The position numbers and the translations under genes are program-made. A DNA stretch of 40,794 nt, taken from IMG/VR virus record IMGVR_UViG_3300012943_000045, positions 1 through 40,794 of that record; one strand, 5' to 3'. How positions within the stretch are numbered: position 1 is the stretch's first letter; every line of letters starts with the position of its first letter. This DNA is from a virus (taxonomy: Duplodnaviria; Caudoviricetes). The notes under the pieces were generated by a model. It was not told where the DNA came from. It saw nothing but the letters and a program-made list of their open reading frames with translations, and searched no databases. Of this stretch, positions 1 to 8,306 are shown in pieces.

Positions 1-17
1 CAAGCGATAAGCGAGTG

Positions 18-479
18 CTAAGGGAAAACGGTACTTCCCACATCTGAAATGTTCGTCATGTACGGGAAGGATGCCAGGGACACGTATACAATGGGGCGGC
101 TGTTCGCCTCGCTAATGGTGAAGCTGCCACCGCCAAACTCTTTGGAGATGGAACTCACGTTGGGGAGAGTCTTGCCCAGCAGGAGCTGGTTTGCCATCGA
201 GCCAGCAGTTCGAGCGGCACGGGCTGTCGAGCCCAGAGAGTAGATTCGGAAGATAGAGTAGTACCCATCATTAACCGGGCCACAAAACGACGTGTCGCCC
301 GACTTGGGCAGGAGGTCCGAGAACTGTACGACCCAGGTTGTTTGGCGCTCGCCATCCTCTTGCTGAATCTCGAAGGCGTCGTCAATATCGCCTTCGACCA
401 CCTGGTAGCCAGCCGGGGCATTGGCTTCAATGAAGTCGAAGATGCCATTCTGCGCTTCCGCAATGCTTAGCCCGCTCAA
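18..479 (-). CDS. Putative tail terminator / tail completion protein
   Basis: 153 aa; fourth gene of the head-tail connector series; start overlaps the upstream stop. Call rests on synteny. Confidence 0.55.
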   Translation of the reverse strand: MSGLSIAEAQNGIFDFIEANAPAGYQVVEGDIDDAFEIQQEDGERQTTWVVQFSDLLPKSGDTSFCGPVNDGYYSIFRIYSLGSTARAARTAGSMANQLLLGKTLPNVSSISKEFGGGSFTISEANSRPIVYVSLASFPYMTNISDVGSTVFP

Positions 480-874
480 AGCACCCTCGCCAACTCTTCG
501 GACAGTCTGCGAATCAGGTCTTCACGGAACACTGGGTACGCATCCATAAAAGCATTCATCGCTGGAACCATGTCCCCGCCGAGATGCCTGAATCCGTCCT
601 CCTGGAGGCTAAAGTAAAGCTCGTGGTCCTTCCAGCCAACTCCGCCATGAAATGTTCCGCCAGACTCGTCCATCTCGGAGAAAACACTATCCAGCATCTT
701 CCCGGTAACAACACGCCCAGACTTGCCGCTTTTTGGGGTCCCCCTGGTCGCAATGAAGAACTGGATAACACGAACAGCTTCCTCAAGTGCATCACTGAGG
801 GCCTTCTCAATCGCGTATTCAACCTGCCGCTGCGTCCTTGCTGCGTCAAAAGTTGACGTGAACTTTACGCCCAT
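476..874 (-). CDS. Putative neck / minor tail protein (HK97 gp10-like)
   Basis: ATG at 874 overlaps the upstream TGA; GRVVTGKMLDS and Y..LQEDG motifs resemble gp10-like proteins; synteny. Confidence 0.55.
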   Translation of the reverse strand: MGVKFTSTFDAARTQRQVEYAIEKALSDALEEAVRVIQFFIATRGTPKSGKSGRVVTGKMLDSVFSEMDESGGTFHGGVGWKDHELYFSLQEDGFRHLGGDMVPAMNAFMDAYPVFREDLIRRLSEELARVL

Positions 875-1386
875 CAGCTCACCGGCCTTTGTGGCCACGA
901 CGACGTATCATAATTCGGCCGCGACTCCAGGTCCACAAAAGTGTTAATCGTTCGCTGCCAAGCCATGCTGGAGTTGAGCGCACCGGTGACAACATACTTG
1001 TTCAGCAACAGGTAAGGATCATTGCCGCCATCGATAACCACCATCTCGTATCCGGGACGCACATCGGGTATCGTCTCATCGGCGGGGAAGTCAATCCAGA
1101 ACTGCACGGTTCGTTGAGTCGTGCTGTCCACAGCCTTTTTCACCGTCACATCAGTGCGCAGCGGCTGAACACGCGACCAGCCCACCCACAGCGGCTCCAC
1201 GGTAACGGATAGAATGGCCTCGGTAACGGAGTCGCGGACCACAACTTTTGCTAGTGGATCAATGATTGCCACCCACGCCTGCTCGATCCACGGCTTGAGC
1301 AGTGGCCGCATGAAGTCCAGGTAGCCCTGAGCATCACCCAGCACGATATTCGGCAGAGCCGGGAACGCTACCACGGGTGCCGCCAA
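874..1386 (-). CDS. Putative head-to-tail stopper
   Basis: 170 aa beta-rich protein (LWVGWSRVQPL) directly after the adaptor; synteny. Confidence 0.55.
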   Translation of the reverse strand: MAAPVVAFPALPNIVLGDAQGYLDFMRPLLKPWIEQAWVAIIDPLAKVVVRDSVTEAILSVTVEPLWVGWSRVQPLRTDVTVKKAVDSTTQRTVQFWIDFPADETIPDVRPGYEMVVIDGGNDPYLLLNKYVVTGALNSSMAWQRTINTFVDLESRPNYDTSSWPQRPVS

Positions 1387-1817
1387 GGACGCGCAGAAAG
1401 CTCAGGCCAGTCCTTGCAGTGGTCCTGGATACCAGTGTCTGTGATGTACAAGGCATCCTCACCGGCAGCGGAACTATCCGCGCGTCCGAACCATAGGGCT
1501 GCAATCGCACGCAACTCAGCAGGAGTCTTGCTCATATCCAGCCGAAGATCGTCCGACGCCCACGAAACGGCAGAACCAGCAGCAGCGCCAGCAAGCCTTA
1601 AGTACGCAAACCCCACAGCACCCGTCAATACGCCACCAGACGCCTCCAGAAGCGACAGAAGCTCCCCGTCAGAGAACGCTGCGTAATTCTGGAAACCCGG
1701 CTCTACGGGGTCGTAGGGAACGCTCGCGGTGTCGCCAACGAGAAACCGGAGTTGACCCACGGGTGTAGCCGGGTCAATCGGGTAGACACCTGGGTTTCCC
1801 TCAGGGTAAACAGCCAA
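1368..1817 (-). CDS. Head-to-tail adaptor
   Basis: DPATPVGQLRFLVGDT and FSDGEL motifs typical of actinophage adaptors; AGGAG RBS before TTG. Confidence 0.7.
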   Translation of the reverse strand: MAVYPEGNPGVYPIDPATPVGQLRFLVGDTASVPYDPVEPGFQNYAAFSDGELLSLLEASGGVLTGAVGFAYLRLAGAAAGSAVSWASDDLRLDMSKTPAELRAIAALWFGRADSSAAGEDALYITDTGIQDHCKDWPELSARPWRHPW

Positions 1818-1858
1818 GTGATCTCCTAACGTATAGGTTCTATTCTACCAGGAAACAC

Positions 1859-1902
1859 AGAACACCCCAAGGGAGCGGATAAGCTCAACCTTGGGGTGTT
1901 CT
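1859..1902 (-). terminator. Intrinsic terminator after the head-fibre-like genes
   Basis: 14-bp inverted repeat AGAACACCCCAAGG/CCTTGGGGTGTTCT with a T-rich tail on the minus strand. Confidence 0.7.
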
Positions 1903-1952
1903 TGCAGCACCGGGAGAGGAGGGGTTTGGCGCTACCTAGAGTTTATCACAGA

Positions 1953-2393
1953 CTAGGGTCCGGCCACCCAGGAGACGATTCCATTCACGGACTGGAGTAC
2001 GAATGTGCCGGTCGCAGGCGGTGAGCCATTCGCGGCCACGATTATCCCCCCAACGTCACCGCCTGCTGGGTCTGGGGCCACTAGCATCACTGTTCCAGAA
2101 CCCGGTCCGGCCAAGATTTGTACAGACTTTTGTCCCGGCTTACCAAAATCACTGATAAGGGAAATTGCCCCTGGGTCAACGCTGGATAGGGTCTCCCCGG
2201 AGATGGGCGAACCTACGGTAACCGCTCTGGTGAAAGTCTTCCTTCCGGTAATCGCCTGATCGCCATCGAGGGTTACCTCGTTGCCGCCACCGCCCCCACC
2301 AAATCCGTAAGCCGCAACCGGAATAGCGCCCTCGGGAGCGTCAGCGGCATCGCCAGAATCTGTGGCTACAATCGGTACGGGGTTCAATGCCAA
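1953..2393 (-). CDS. Head fibre/decoration-like protein, paralogue 3
   Basis: Shared N-terminus MALNPVPIVATDSGDAADAPEGAIPVAAYGFGGGG; fibre-like VTLDGDQAITGRKTFT; C-terminus PPATGTFVLQSVNGIVSWV. Confidence 0.6.
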   Translation of the reverse strand: MALNPVPIVATDSGDAADAPEGAIPVAAYGFGGGGGGNEVTLDGDQAITGRKTFTRAVTVGSPISGETLSSVDPGAISLISDFGKPGQKSVQILAGPGSGTVMLVAPDPAGGDVGGIIVAANGSPPATGTFVLQSVNGIVSWVAGP

Positions 2394-2432
2394 GGGTTGC
2401 TCCTGATTTTATTGGTAAAAACTATCATGGTG

Positions 2433-2831
2433 CTAAGCTGTCGGAACCCAGGAAGTGATACCGTTCACGCTTTGCAGCACGAAGGTTCCAGTAGCGGGCG
2501 GCCTGGGTGTTCGGGTGTCCAGGTCGTGGTGAAGGACAACGCCCGCAGGAGACCACGAAGAATCTAGCGGGTTGCCGTTTTCATCTGTGAGCAGGCTGGA
2601 AAGAACGCCACCCACGTCTAGAATGCGGAAGATGCCTTCACCGCTCGCAGTAGTGACTGACGCCTTGAAAACCTCGTCCTCACCGGCAACTGCAACCACG
2701 GAACCGTCCAAGGACTCGATCTGATTCGAAGCGCCACCGCCGCCACCGTAGAACGCGAGCGGGATTGCCCCCTCTGGGGCTTCCGACGCTGCCCCGGAAC
2801 TGGTTGCGACAACTGGAATCGGACTTGACAC
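2433..2831 (-). CDS. Head fibre/decoration-like protein, paralogue 2
   Basis: N-terminus MSSPIPVVATSSGAASEAPEGAIPLAFYGGGGG; C-terminus PPATGTFVLQSVNGITSWV. Confidence 0.6.
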   Translation of the reverse strand: MSSPIPVVATSSGAASEAPEGAIPLAFYGGGGGASNQIESLDGSVVAVAGEDEVFKASVTTASGEGIFRILDVGGVLSSLLTDENGNPLDSSWSPAGVVLHHDLDTRTPRPPATGTFVLQSVNGITSWVPTA

Positions 2832-3316
2832 TACGGAGCAGTCTCAAGCGCAACAACACGCGCCGCAAGATCCGCAAGAACAAGCTGCACGTTAGCACCA
2901 ACAATGCCAGCACCAGCAGCAACCGTAACCGTAGTAGCGGCCTGGGTGTGGTTCGTCGCTGCCGCACCCACCTGCGCGGCCGTAGGGAAGATGTGGACGT
3001 GATCCGCACGCGCAGCCGTCGTACCCGTTCCGACAGCAGCGGTAGCGCCAAGCGCGGCGGGGGCAGTGGTAGCAACGGCAGGAATCACCGTGTTGCCCGC
3101 AAGAGCAGTGGTGGCCGAGGTCCCGAGAGCGCGGATGGACGGTGTTGCGGCAGCCTGCGCAGCAGTAAGGGCGGCAGGAACGCCAGTCACATCAGCCCAC
3201 GCCACGTCACCACCCGCACCGCCGAAGCCATAAGCAGTCACGGGAATCGCACCGTCCGGTGCATCTGCCGCCTCACCAGACGCGGTGGCAACTACGGGAA
3301 CTGGGCTAAGCGCCAT
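2831..3316 (-). CDS. Head fibre/decoration-like protein, paralogue 1
   Basis: N-terminus MALSPVPVVATASGEAADAPDGAIPVTAYGFGGAGG; fibre-type motifs VAWADVTGVP and AARADHVH; C-terminal LAARVVALE helix. Confidence 0.65.
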   Translation of the reverse strand: MALSPVPVVATASGEAADAPDGAIPVTAYGFGGAGGDVAWADVTGVPAALTAAQAAATPSIRALGTSATTALAGNTVIPAVATTAPAALGATAAVGTGTTAARADHVHIFPTAAQVGAAATNHTQAATTVTVAAGAGIVGANVQLVLADLAARVVALETAP

Positions 3317-3363
3317 TGTGAAATCTTCCTGTCGGGAACGTATCCCTCCATTTTACCATAGGG

Positions 3364-4023
3364 CTAGATGTGTGACCAAGTTTCACGGTTGTATGCAGCA
3401 ACAATCGTTGGTACGCTGACATTGAATTTTCGAGCCATCTGTGAATAAAAGCCGTGATATTTCTCAACGGCTCGAATCTCGTGGACCTGAACTTCCGTCA
3501 GTACCGCTCGGGCGTTCAGTGCGCCCTTGTGCGCATCTGACATTTTCTTTTTCGTAGACTCAGAAGCCTTACCCTGAAATGATCGTGCATAATCCATAAG
3601 CTCCTTGCGCTTGCGCCCATACATATGGTTACCGCTTCCTCGCATTTTTTCTGATGCACCGGGGTTTCGGTGACCCCGGGGCTGTGCCCCGCCCTCAAGT
3701 ATGTTGGTAAGATCCTGACCCGATTCACGAAAGAACTTTATCCAATATATTTCCCGCTCGTCCAACTCGCTCTCTAGGCACTCCTCCAACACACTAAAAA
3801 CTATGCTATCCGGGCCATGCTTTCGAATCCATCGGGAAGTTTTGCTCTGGTAGCTACTTGAACTCTCCGTTCGTGCATGCCATAGATGAACTGACCACCT
3901 AGAGTTCAGACCCTTTGAGGTCAGTCCGACGTAACGCACCCCACCCTCCGGGTGGCAAATGCACCAGGCCACGTAAATGACGTTCTTGGGTGTGGCAATA
4001 GTTTTGCGTGATACTGTACTCAT
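3364..4023 (-). CDS. Free-standing GIY-YIG homing endonuclease with NUMOD3-like repeats
   Basis: VIY...RYVGLT...RW..H, catalytic E in LDEREIYWI, LTN motif; SESTKKKMSDAHKG repeat; lower GC than flanks. Confidence 0.88.
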   Translation of the reverse strand: MSTVSRKTIATPKNVIYVAWCICHPEGGVRYVGLTSKGLNSRWSVHLWHARTESSSSYQSKTSRWIRKHGPDSIVFSVLEECLESELDEREIYWIKFFRESGQDLTNILEGGAQPRGHRNPGASEKMRGSGNHMYGRKRKELMDYARSFQGKASESTKKKMSDAHKGALNARAVLTEVQVHEIRAVEKYHGFYSQMARKFNVSVPTIVAAYNRETWSHI

Positions 4024-4094
4024 GTGGGTGGTCCTTTCCTAGCCTACGGCCCTCGGGTGTTGGCGCATCGCGGAGGGCGACTCCACTGTAACAC

Positions 4095-4129
4095 AAAACT
4101 CCCCGGCCTCAAGCGGGCCGGGGAGTTTT
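4095..4129. terminator. Intrinsic terminator after the major capsid gene (possibly bidirectional)
   Basis: AAAACTCCCCGGCC-N7-GGCCGGGGAGTTTT. Confidence 0.85.
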
Positions 4130-4150
4130 GTTACTAGATGTTGCCAGGTG

Positions 4151-5308
4151 TTACGCGGCGCTTCCGTCGCTGTGGACAACGGCATCCTCGCTGAAAAGAC
4201 CAGCGTTGACGAACATGCGGAGCTTCAAATCCACGGAGTCGTTTTCGAAGCTGTACGCCTGGAACGGGTTGCTCGAAGCACCACCGGCAATGGGAGCACC
4301 GTTGAAGTTCGAGACGTACACCTCAGGAGCCGTGTACCCGGCAAGGCGAACCTTGATGAGCGCCGGTCGGTCCGTGGAGCCCTCTTCGGGGACCAGGTAC
4401 CAGGCGTTGCCGGTGATGAACTCGGACTCGATGACGCCCACGATGCGACCCAGCGGGTCAGCCGGGGTGCCGGTGGCACGGTACGTAACCAGGCCATCCT
4501 GGACCGAGTACAGCCCACGTGCGAGGCCGAGAGCCCAGTTCACGCTGTCCGAAGCGCCCTGTGCAACCACGAGACGGAAACGAGCTGGCGTGGGAACGCG
4601 GTTGCCGTTGGCATCGGTACGGTCGCCAATCTGGCGAATCGCAACACGAAGCGCAGCAGGCGTTGCGGGAGAGTCCGCAGGAACCGTATCGCCGGAGATG
4701 AAGTCAACCTGACCACCGATAAGCTCGGAAGCGGACGTTACACCGTTGATGAGTGCGCGGATAACCACGTACTCTTCGGTCTTGGTCGCAACCCGAAGCA
4801 TGTCGCCGGGGAAGCGGTTGACGAGACCGAACGGGTCGTTCACGCCGCGCTCTAGCGACCAGCCCACGCGGAATCCACGCTTCTCCACCGCGATGGAGGT
4901 GTCTTCCTGGGTGTACCCGAAGGCGTACTGGTACGTGTCCAGCTCAGCGACCTTAGGGGCCACTCGCTGTCCGTCGTTGTCCTTGCCGTGCTCCAGGCCA
5001 GCAAAGTTAGGAGTCAGGCTCCAGAACGTTGCGGCGTTGAAGTCGGGAACGATCTCGGTCGTGGTGATCGGATCGAAGTCCGGCACGATCTCGTCATACA
5101 TCGGGAGGTTCCGGAGGTTGACAAGGTGGGTGTAGGCGTGAGGCGCGTCCGAGGTGGAAAGCGTCTCCTTGAGGTCGGTGCGTGCACGGTCTCCCGCGTA
5201 CCCACCAAGCTTGGCACCCTTGACCATTTCGGCCATCGCGAGCACCTTGCGCTCATTTACGAACGGTCCGACAGTGAGTCGTCCACCCGCAGTAAGGTCG
5301 ATACTCAT
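4151..5308 (-). CDS. Major capsid protein (HK97 fold)
   Basis: 385 aa, strongly biased codons, follows scaffold and cement genes; ETLSTSD, EKRGFRVGWSLE..VND, NAWYLV, ENDSVDLKLR motifs. Confidence 0.85.
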   Translation of the reverse strand: MSIDLTAGGRLTVGPFVNERKVLAMAEMVKGAKLGGYAGDRARTDLKETLSTSDAPHAYTHLVNLRNLPMYDEIVPDFDPITTTEIVPDFNAATFWSLTPNFAGLEHGKDNDGQRVAPKVAELDTYQYAFGYTQEDTSIAVEKRGFRVGWSLERGVNDPFGLVNRFPGDMLRVATKTEEYVVIRALINGVTSASELIGGQVDFISGDTVPADSPATPAALRVAIRQIGDRTDANGNRVPTPARFRLVVAQGASDSVNWALGLARGLYSVQDGLVTYRATGTPADPLGRIVGVIESEFITGNAWYLVPEEGSTDRPALIKVRLAGYTAPEVYVSNFNGAPIAGGASSNPFQAYSFENDSVDLKLRMFVNAGLFSEDAVVHSDGSAA

Positions 5309-5757
5309 GCAGGGAGCACCTCTCCGATCAGGACGGGGGCAACCCCGCCGACGATGACGCCATCATCGATAACGCCAATCTTCACTCCGCCAGCGGTGGC
5401 GAGCGTGTAGACGCCCGTAGCCGTGGTGCGGTAAACAGCCGTGCCCGCAGGGGTTCCAGCGGTTCCAGTGGCAGGGTTCGTGTCACCGTTCACGACGGTA
5501 GCAACCGTCAGGAGCCAGGAGCCATCAACCGCGACAGTGGCAGAGTTGGCCTTGTTGCCAGCGCCACCGTTAGCGATGGTTCCGCCGGTGATCCCAGGGA
5601 TGCCTGCCGCAATGGTGGAGTCACCACGAGCGGTCAGCGTAACGCCAACCTGGTTGCTGATCGGGTGGAGGACCACGGTGCCAGCCTGCGTGCCAGCGGC
5701 AACGGGCCACTCACGGCACTTGGACTCAGTGTACTTCTTGTACATGTTGGTAGCCAT
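5305..5757 (-). CDS. Capsid cement / decoration protein (DUF2190-like)
   Basis: MATNMY start, Gly/Thr/Ala-rich, ATVAVDGSW and GTAVY motifs; lies between scaffold and capsid genes. Confidence 0.7.
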   Translation of the reverse strand: MATNMYKKYTESKCREWPVAAGTQAGTVVLHPISNQVGVTLTARGDSTIAAGIPGITGGTIANGGAGNKANSATVAVDGSWLLTVATVVNGDTNPATGTAGTPAGTAVYRTTATGVYTLATAGGVKIGVIDDGVIVGGVAPVLIGEVLPA

Positions 5758-6665
5758 CAGCCAAACACCTTTCCAAGGTCAGTAGCGTCCTGGACCGTGC
5801 CGGACTTGAGGGAACGACCAGCGTCCTCAAACGACTCGGAAAGAACTTCGCGAGCTTCCTCGAAAGTCTTCGTGGCGTCCTCAAGGAGCGGCTGAATGTC
5901 AGCACCCTCCCGAGCGGCCTTCCGCAGCGCAGCAATCTGCGACGGGAAAAGGTTCTCGCGAGCAGCCTCGATGAGCGCAGTCTTCGAGTCGTAAGACTCA
6001 ACAGCGTCCTTCGCGGCTTCCGCAAGGGCATCGGCGTCCGCCTCAGCCTGAACCTTCTCCACAGTCTTGGCTGCGGAAGTGGTCACGAAGCTCTCGAAAA
6101 GGGCGATAAGCTTATCCAGCTTCTCTTCCATTTTCTGATCTTCTTTCTCCTGTGCTGAGGTCTCAACACCAGGCTCTTCTGTGGAATCGAGCAACCTTGC
6201 TGATTCCACCAAACTTTCAACTTGCTCGCGGAGGCCGGAGCCTTCGAGGCCAGCAGCGCCTACAAGGTCAATACTGTTCGCGCGACTCGGGAATAGTTCA
6301 AGAACGTTACCGTCCTCATCCCTGGTCCCCTGAACACGGATGCTGGCCTCAGCAAGTGGGCCGACCTCATCAATAACGTCCTGCCAGTGCTTGAATGGCT
6401 GAAGTTCGGCCACAAGCTCCTGGTTGGCTTCGTCCCAATATGTACCATCGGGGTAGGAGCCGACCATATCCTTGATGCTGCGCTTCGGGTCGTGATCGAA
6501 GTAAGCCTTGGTCCCGGCAGGGAGTGCGGCCGGGCCAAAGTCGCGCAGAACCTCGGGCGAATACGATCCAGAAGAACCCTGACCTGGGCGGGCGACGACG
6601 ACGCGCCACCGCTTTCCCTTTTTGACTGGTGCCTCAGCAACAGACTCAGTAAGTAGTGCTCTCAT
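5757..6665 (-). CDS. Capsid maturation protease / scaffolding fusion
   Basis: N-terminal protease-like motifs (GQGSSGSYS, YFDH, SIR, SIDLVGAAG) and an acidic helical C-terminal half. Confidence 0.75.
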   Translation of the reverse strand: MRALLTESVAEAPVKKGKRWRVVVARPGQGSSGSYSPEVLRDFGPAALPAGTKAYFDHDPKRSIKDMVGSYPDGTYWDEANQELVAELQPFKHWQDVIDEVGPLAEASIRVQGTRDEDGNVLELFPSRANSIDLVGAAGLEGSGLREQVESLVESARLLDSTEEPGVETSAQEKEDQKMEEKLDKLIALFESFVTTSAAKTVEKVQAEADADALAEAAKDAVESYDSKTALIEAARENLFPSQIAALRKAAREGADIQPLLEDATKTFEEAREVLSESFEDAGRSLKSGTVQDATDLGKVFG

Positions 6666-6699
6666 TCTGTAGTCTAGTGTATCACAAGACAGTAGTCAA
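6663..6699 (-). promoter_or_regulatory. SigA-like leaderless promoter for the scaffold-capsid operon
   Basis: TTGACT-N17-TAGACT-N5-ATG on the minus strand; no RBS. Confidence 0.75.
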
Positions 6700-6700
6700 G

Positions 6701-8284
6701 CTAATCTTTACTTGCTTCCATTCGGACCAGACGCTCCAGAATTTCCTCTAGAAGATGGTTGCTGGCGAGAGCGTTCGAGAGGACATCGGAACGTAAGTCG
6801 TTAGCGTTTCCACCGTTGCCCACAAAAGCACTCGGCTGGCCCTGGCCGCCCGTGCCCGTTGGCGCACCATCGGTGTCGATGTCCTTGCGTGGGAGCGAGA
6901 ACTCATTGTTCGGGAGCAGGACCCCGGCCGGAGCGTTAGAGCGCTTCGGGTCAATATTCAGAAGCTCAAGGGAGCGCTCGCGGTCTTCGTCTGGGTGGAG
7001 AACACCCATCGCCCATGCGGTGGCAAGCATCTGCATCTCGCGGAACGGATCGCGGTCATCAATCTCGGGGAAGAAAATCTCGGGACGCTTCCTAGCGCCC
7101 CACTCGATAACCTCACCCAGGAACTCGACCCAAGTATTCTGGCGGATACGAGCGTTACGCTTGGTCGGCGCATCTAGGTTGCTTGCGCTACCGTAGGACG
7201 ATCCCGAAGCGCCGGGGTCCGCAAGAATGTGAACAACAGACACACCCAGCGCCGCCGCAACCTGAGCGGCCATAGCGCGACCACTGTCGAAGTCATAACC
7301 CCTCCCAGCAGACGCAAGTGGTGTAAGATCCTGCCCCTCGGTAAGACTTGTGGTCTGTCCGGAACCGCGCGACTTGGAGACCTTAACAGCAGAAGCTTTT
7401 GCGCCAGAGGCTGTCTTGTTGACGATCTTGAACGCAAACTTTGCCAGACTCTCAGACATCACCTGCCCGTACTTTACAAACTGCGAGTACATCAGAGCGT
7501 AGGCGACAGCGGCCAGCGCATCGGGGATGCCCAGCGGCCACCCTACCTGCTTGTTCACCCCTAGGTCAAAGATCGTGCTTACGGGGTCGACGGCGTACCT
7601 TGCTCCGTCTACTCCAATACTCTTACGGCGAGTGCCCGAGAAGCGGTTGGTGTAATACCAACGGACACGCATCTTTGACGGGTCCGGTACGGTGGTGTCT
7701 TTCCAGGTACGCTGGTAGGCCCAAATCTCTTCCGGGAAATCCGGGTTGACCAGAACGTCCGTAATCTCAAAAATCGGGATCCGGCGAATCTGACGGGTAA
7801 CCGAGTTGCCCACAAGAATAACGTTGCCGTCCGCGTAGAGCGCACGCTCCAGTTGGCCGCGAGCATCCGGAGAGAAGACGCTGGCACGGTTTACGGGGTC
7901 TGCGCAAAACTTCTGCAAAAGAGTGGGGGAACCCGTGGCGCTTGAACTGCGCACCGACCCCTGGATAACAACACCCTTGGACCAGACGTTGCCGATGCGC
8001 AGCTCGGAGCCCTGCTTGAGCAGCGACTGGCCCGTCAGTAGCGGGCGAATCCTAGTGCTTGCCTCTTGCAGTTCGCCGAGGGTGATCCCCTCCATCCGAT
8101 CCAGGCTGTGGTCAAGAATGTTCTGCCAGCCACGATCCTCAAACCTCAGCGTCTGGATTACATCCGCCAAGGCCTCGTGAAGTTGGCCGTTTTCCTGGCG
8201 GATAGCCTCGAAAGCTTCTTGAGTTAGCTCCACAGCCCTCGACTCGTCAAGCTCGACCGGGGCAGATTCCTCTAAAGCGTCCAT
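6701..8284 (-). CDS. Portal protein
   Basis: 527 aa after the terminase; RFEDRGW, LYADGN, GWPLGIPD, HILADPG motifs typical of actinophage portals. Confidence 0.85.
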   Translation of the reverse strand: MDALEESAPVELDESRAVELTQEAFEAIRQENGQLHEALADVIQTLRFEDRGWQNILDHSLDRMEGITLGELQEASTRIRPLLTGQSLLKQGSELRIGNVWSKGVVIQGSVRSSSATGSPTLLQKFCADPVNRASVFSPDARGQLERALYADGNVILVGNSVTRQIRRIPIFEITDVLVNPDFPEEIWAYQRTWKDTTVPDPSKMRVRWYYTNRFSGTRRKSIGVDGARYAVDPVSTIFDLGVNKQVGWPLGIPDALAAVAYALMYSQFVKYGQVMSESLAKFAFKIVNKTASGAKASAVKVSKSRGSGQTTSLTEGQDLTPLASAGRGYDFDSGRAMAAQVAAALGVSVVHILADPGASGSSYGSASNLDAPTKRNARIRQNTWVEFLGEVIEWGARKRPEIFFPEIDDRDPFREMQMLATAWAMGVLHPDEDRERSLELLNIDPKRSNAPAGVLLPNNEFSLPRKDIDTDGAPTGTGGQGQPSAFVGNGGNANDLRSDVLSNALASNHLLEEILERLVRMEASKD

Positions 8285-8306
8285 ATACTACCATAATAGC
8301 AGCAGT

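Noticed and set aside
2765-5410. Long plus-strand ORFs (2765-3361, 4128-4712, 4148-4855, 4988-5410)
   Set aside because: Antisense shadows of GC3-rich structural genes.
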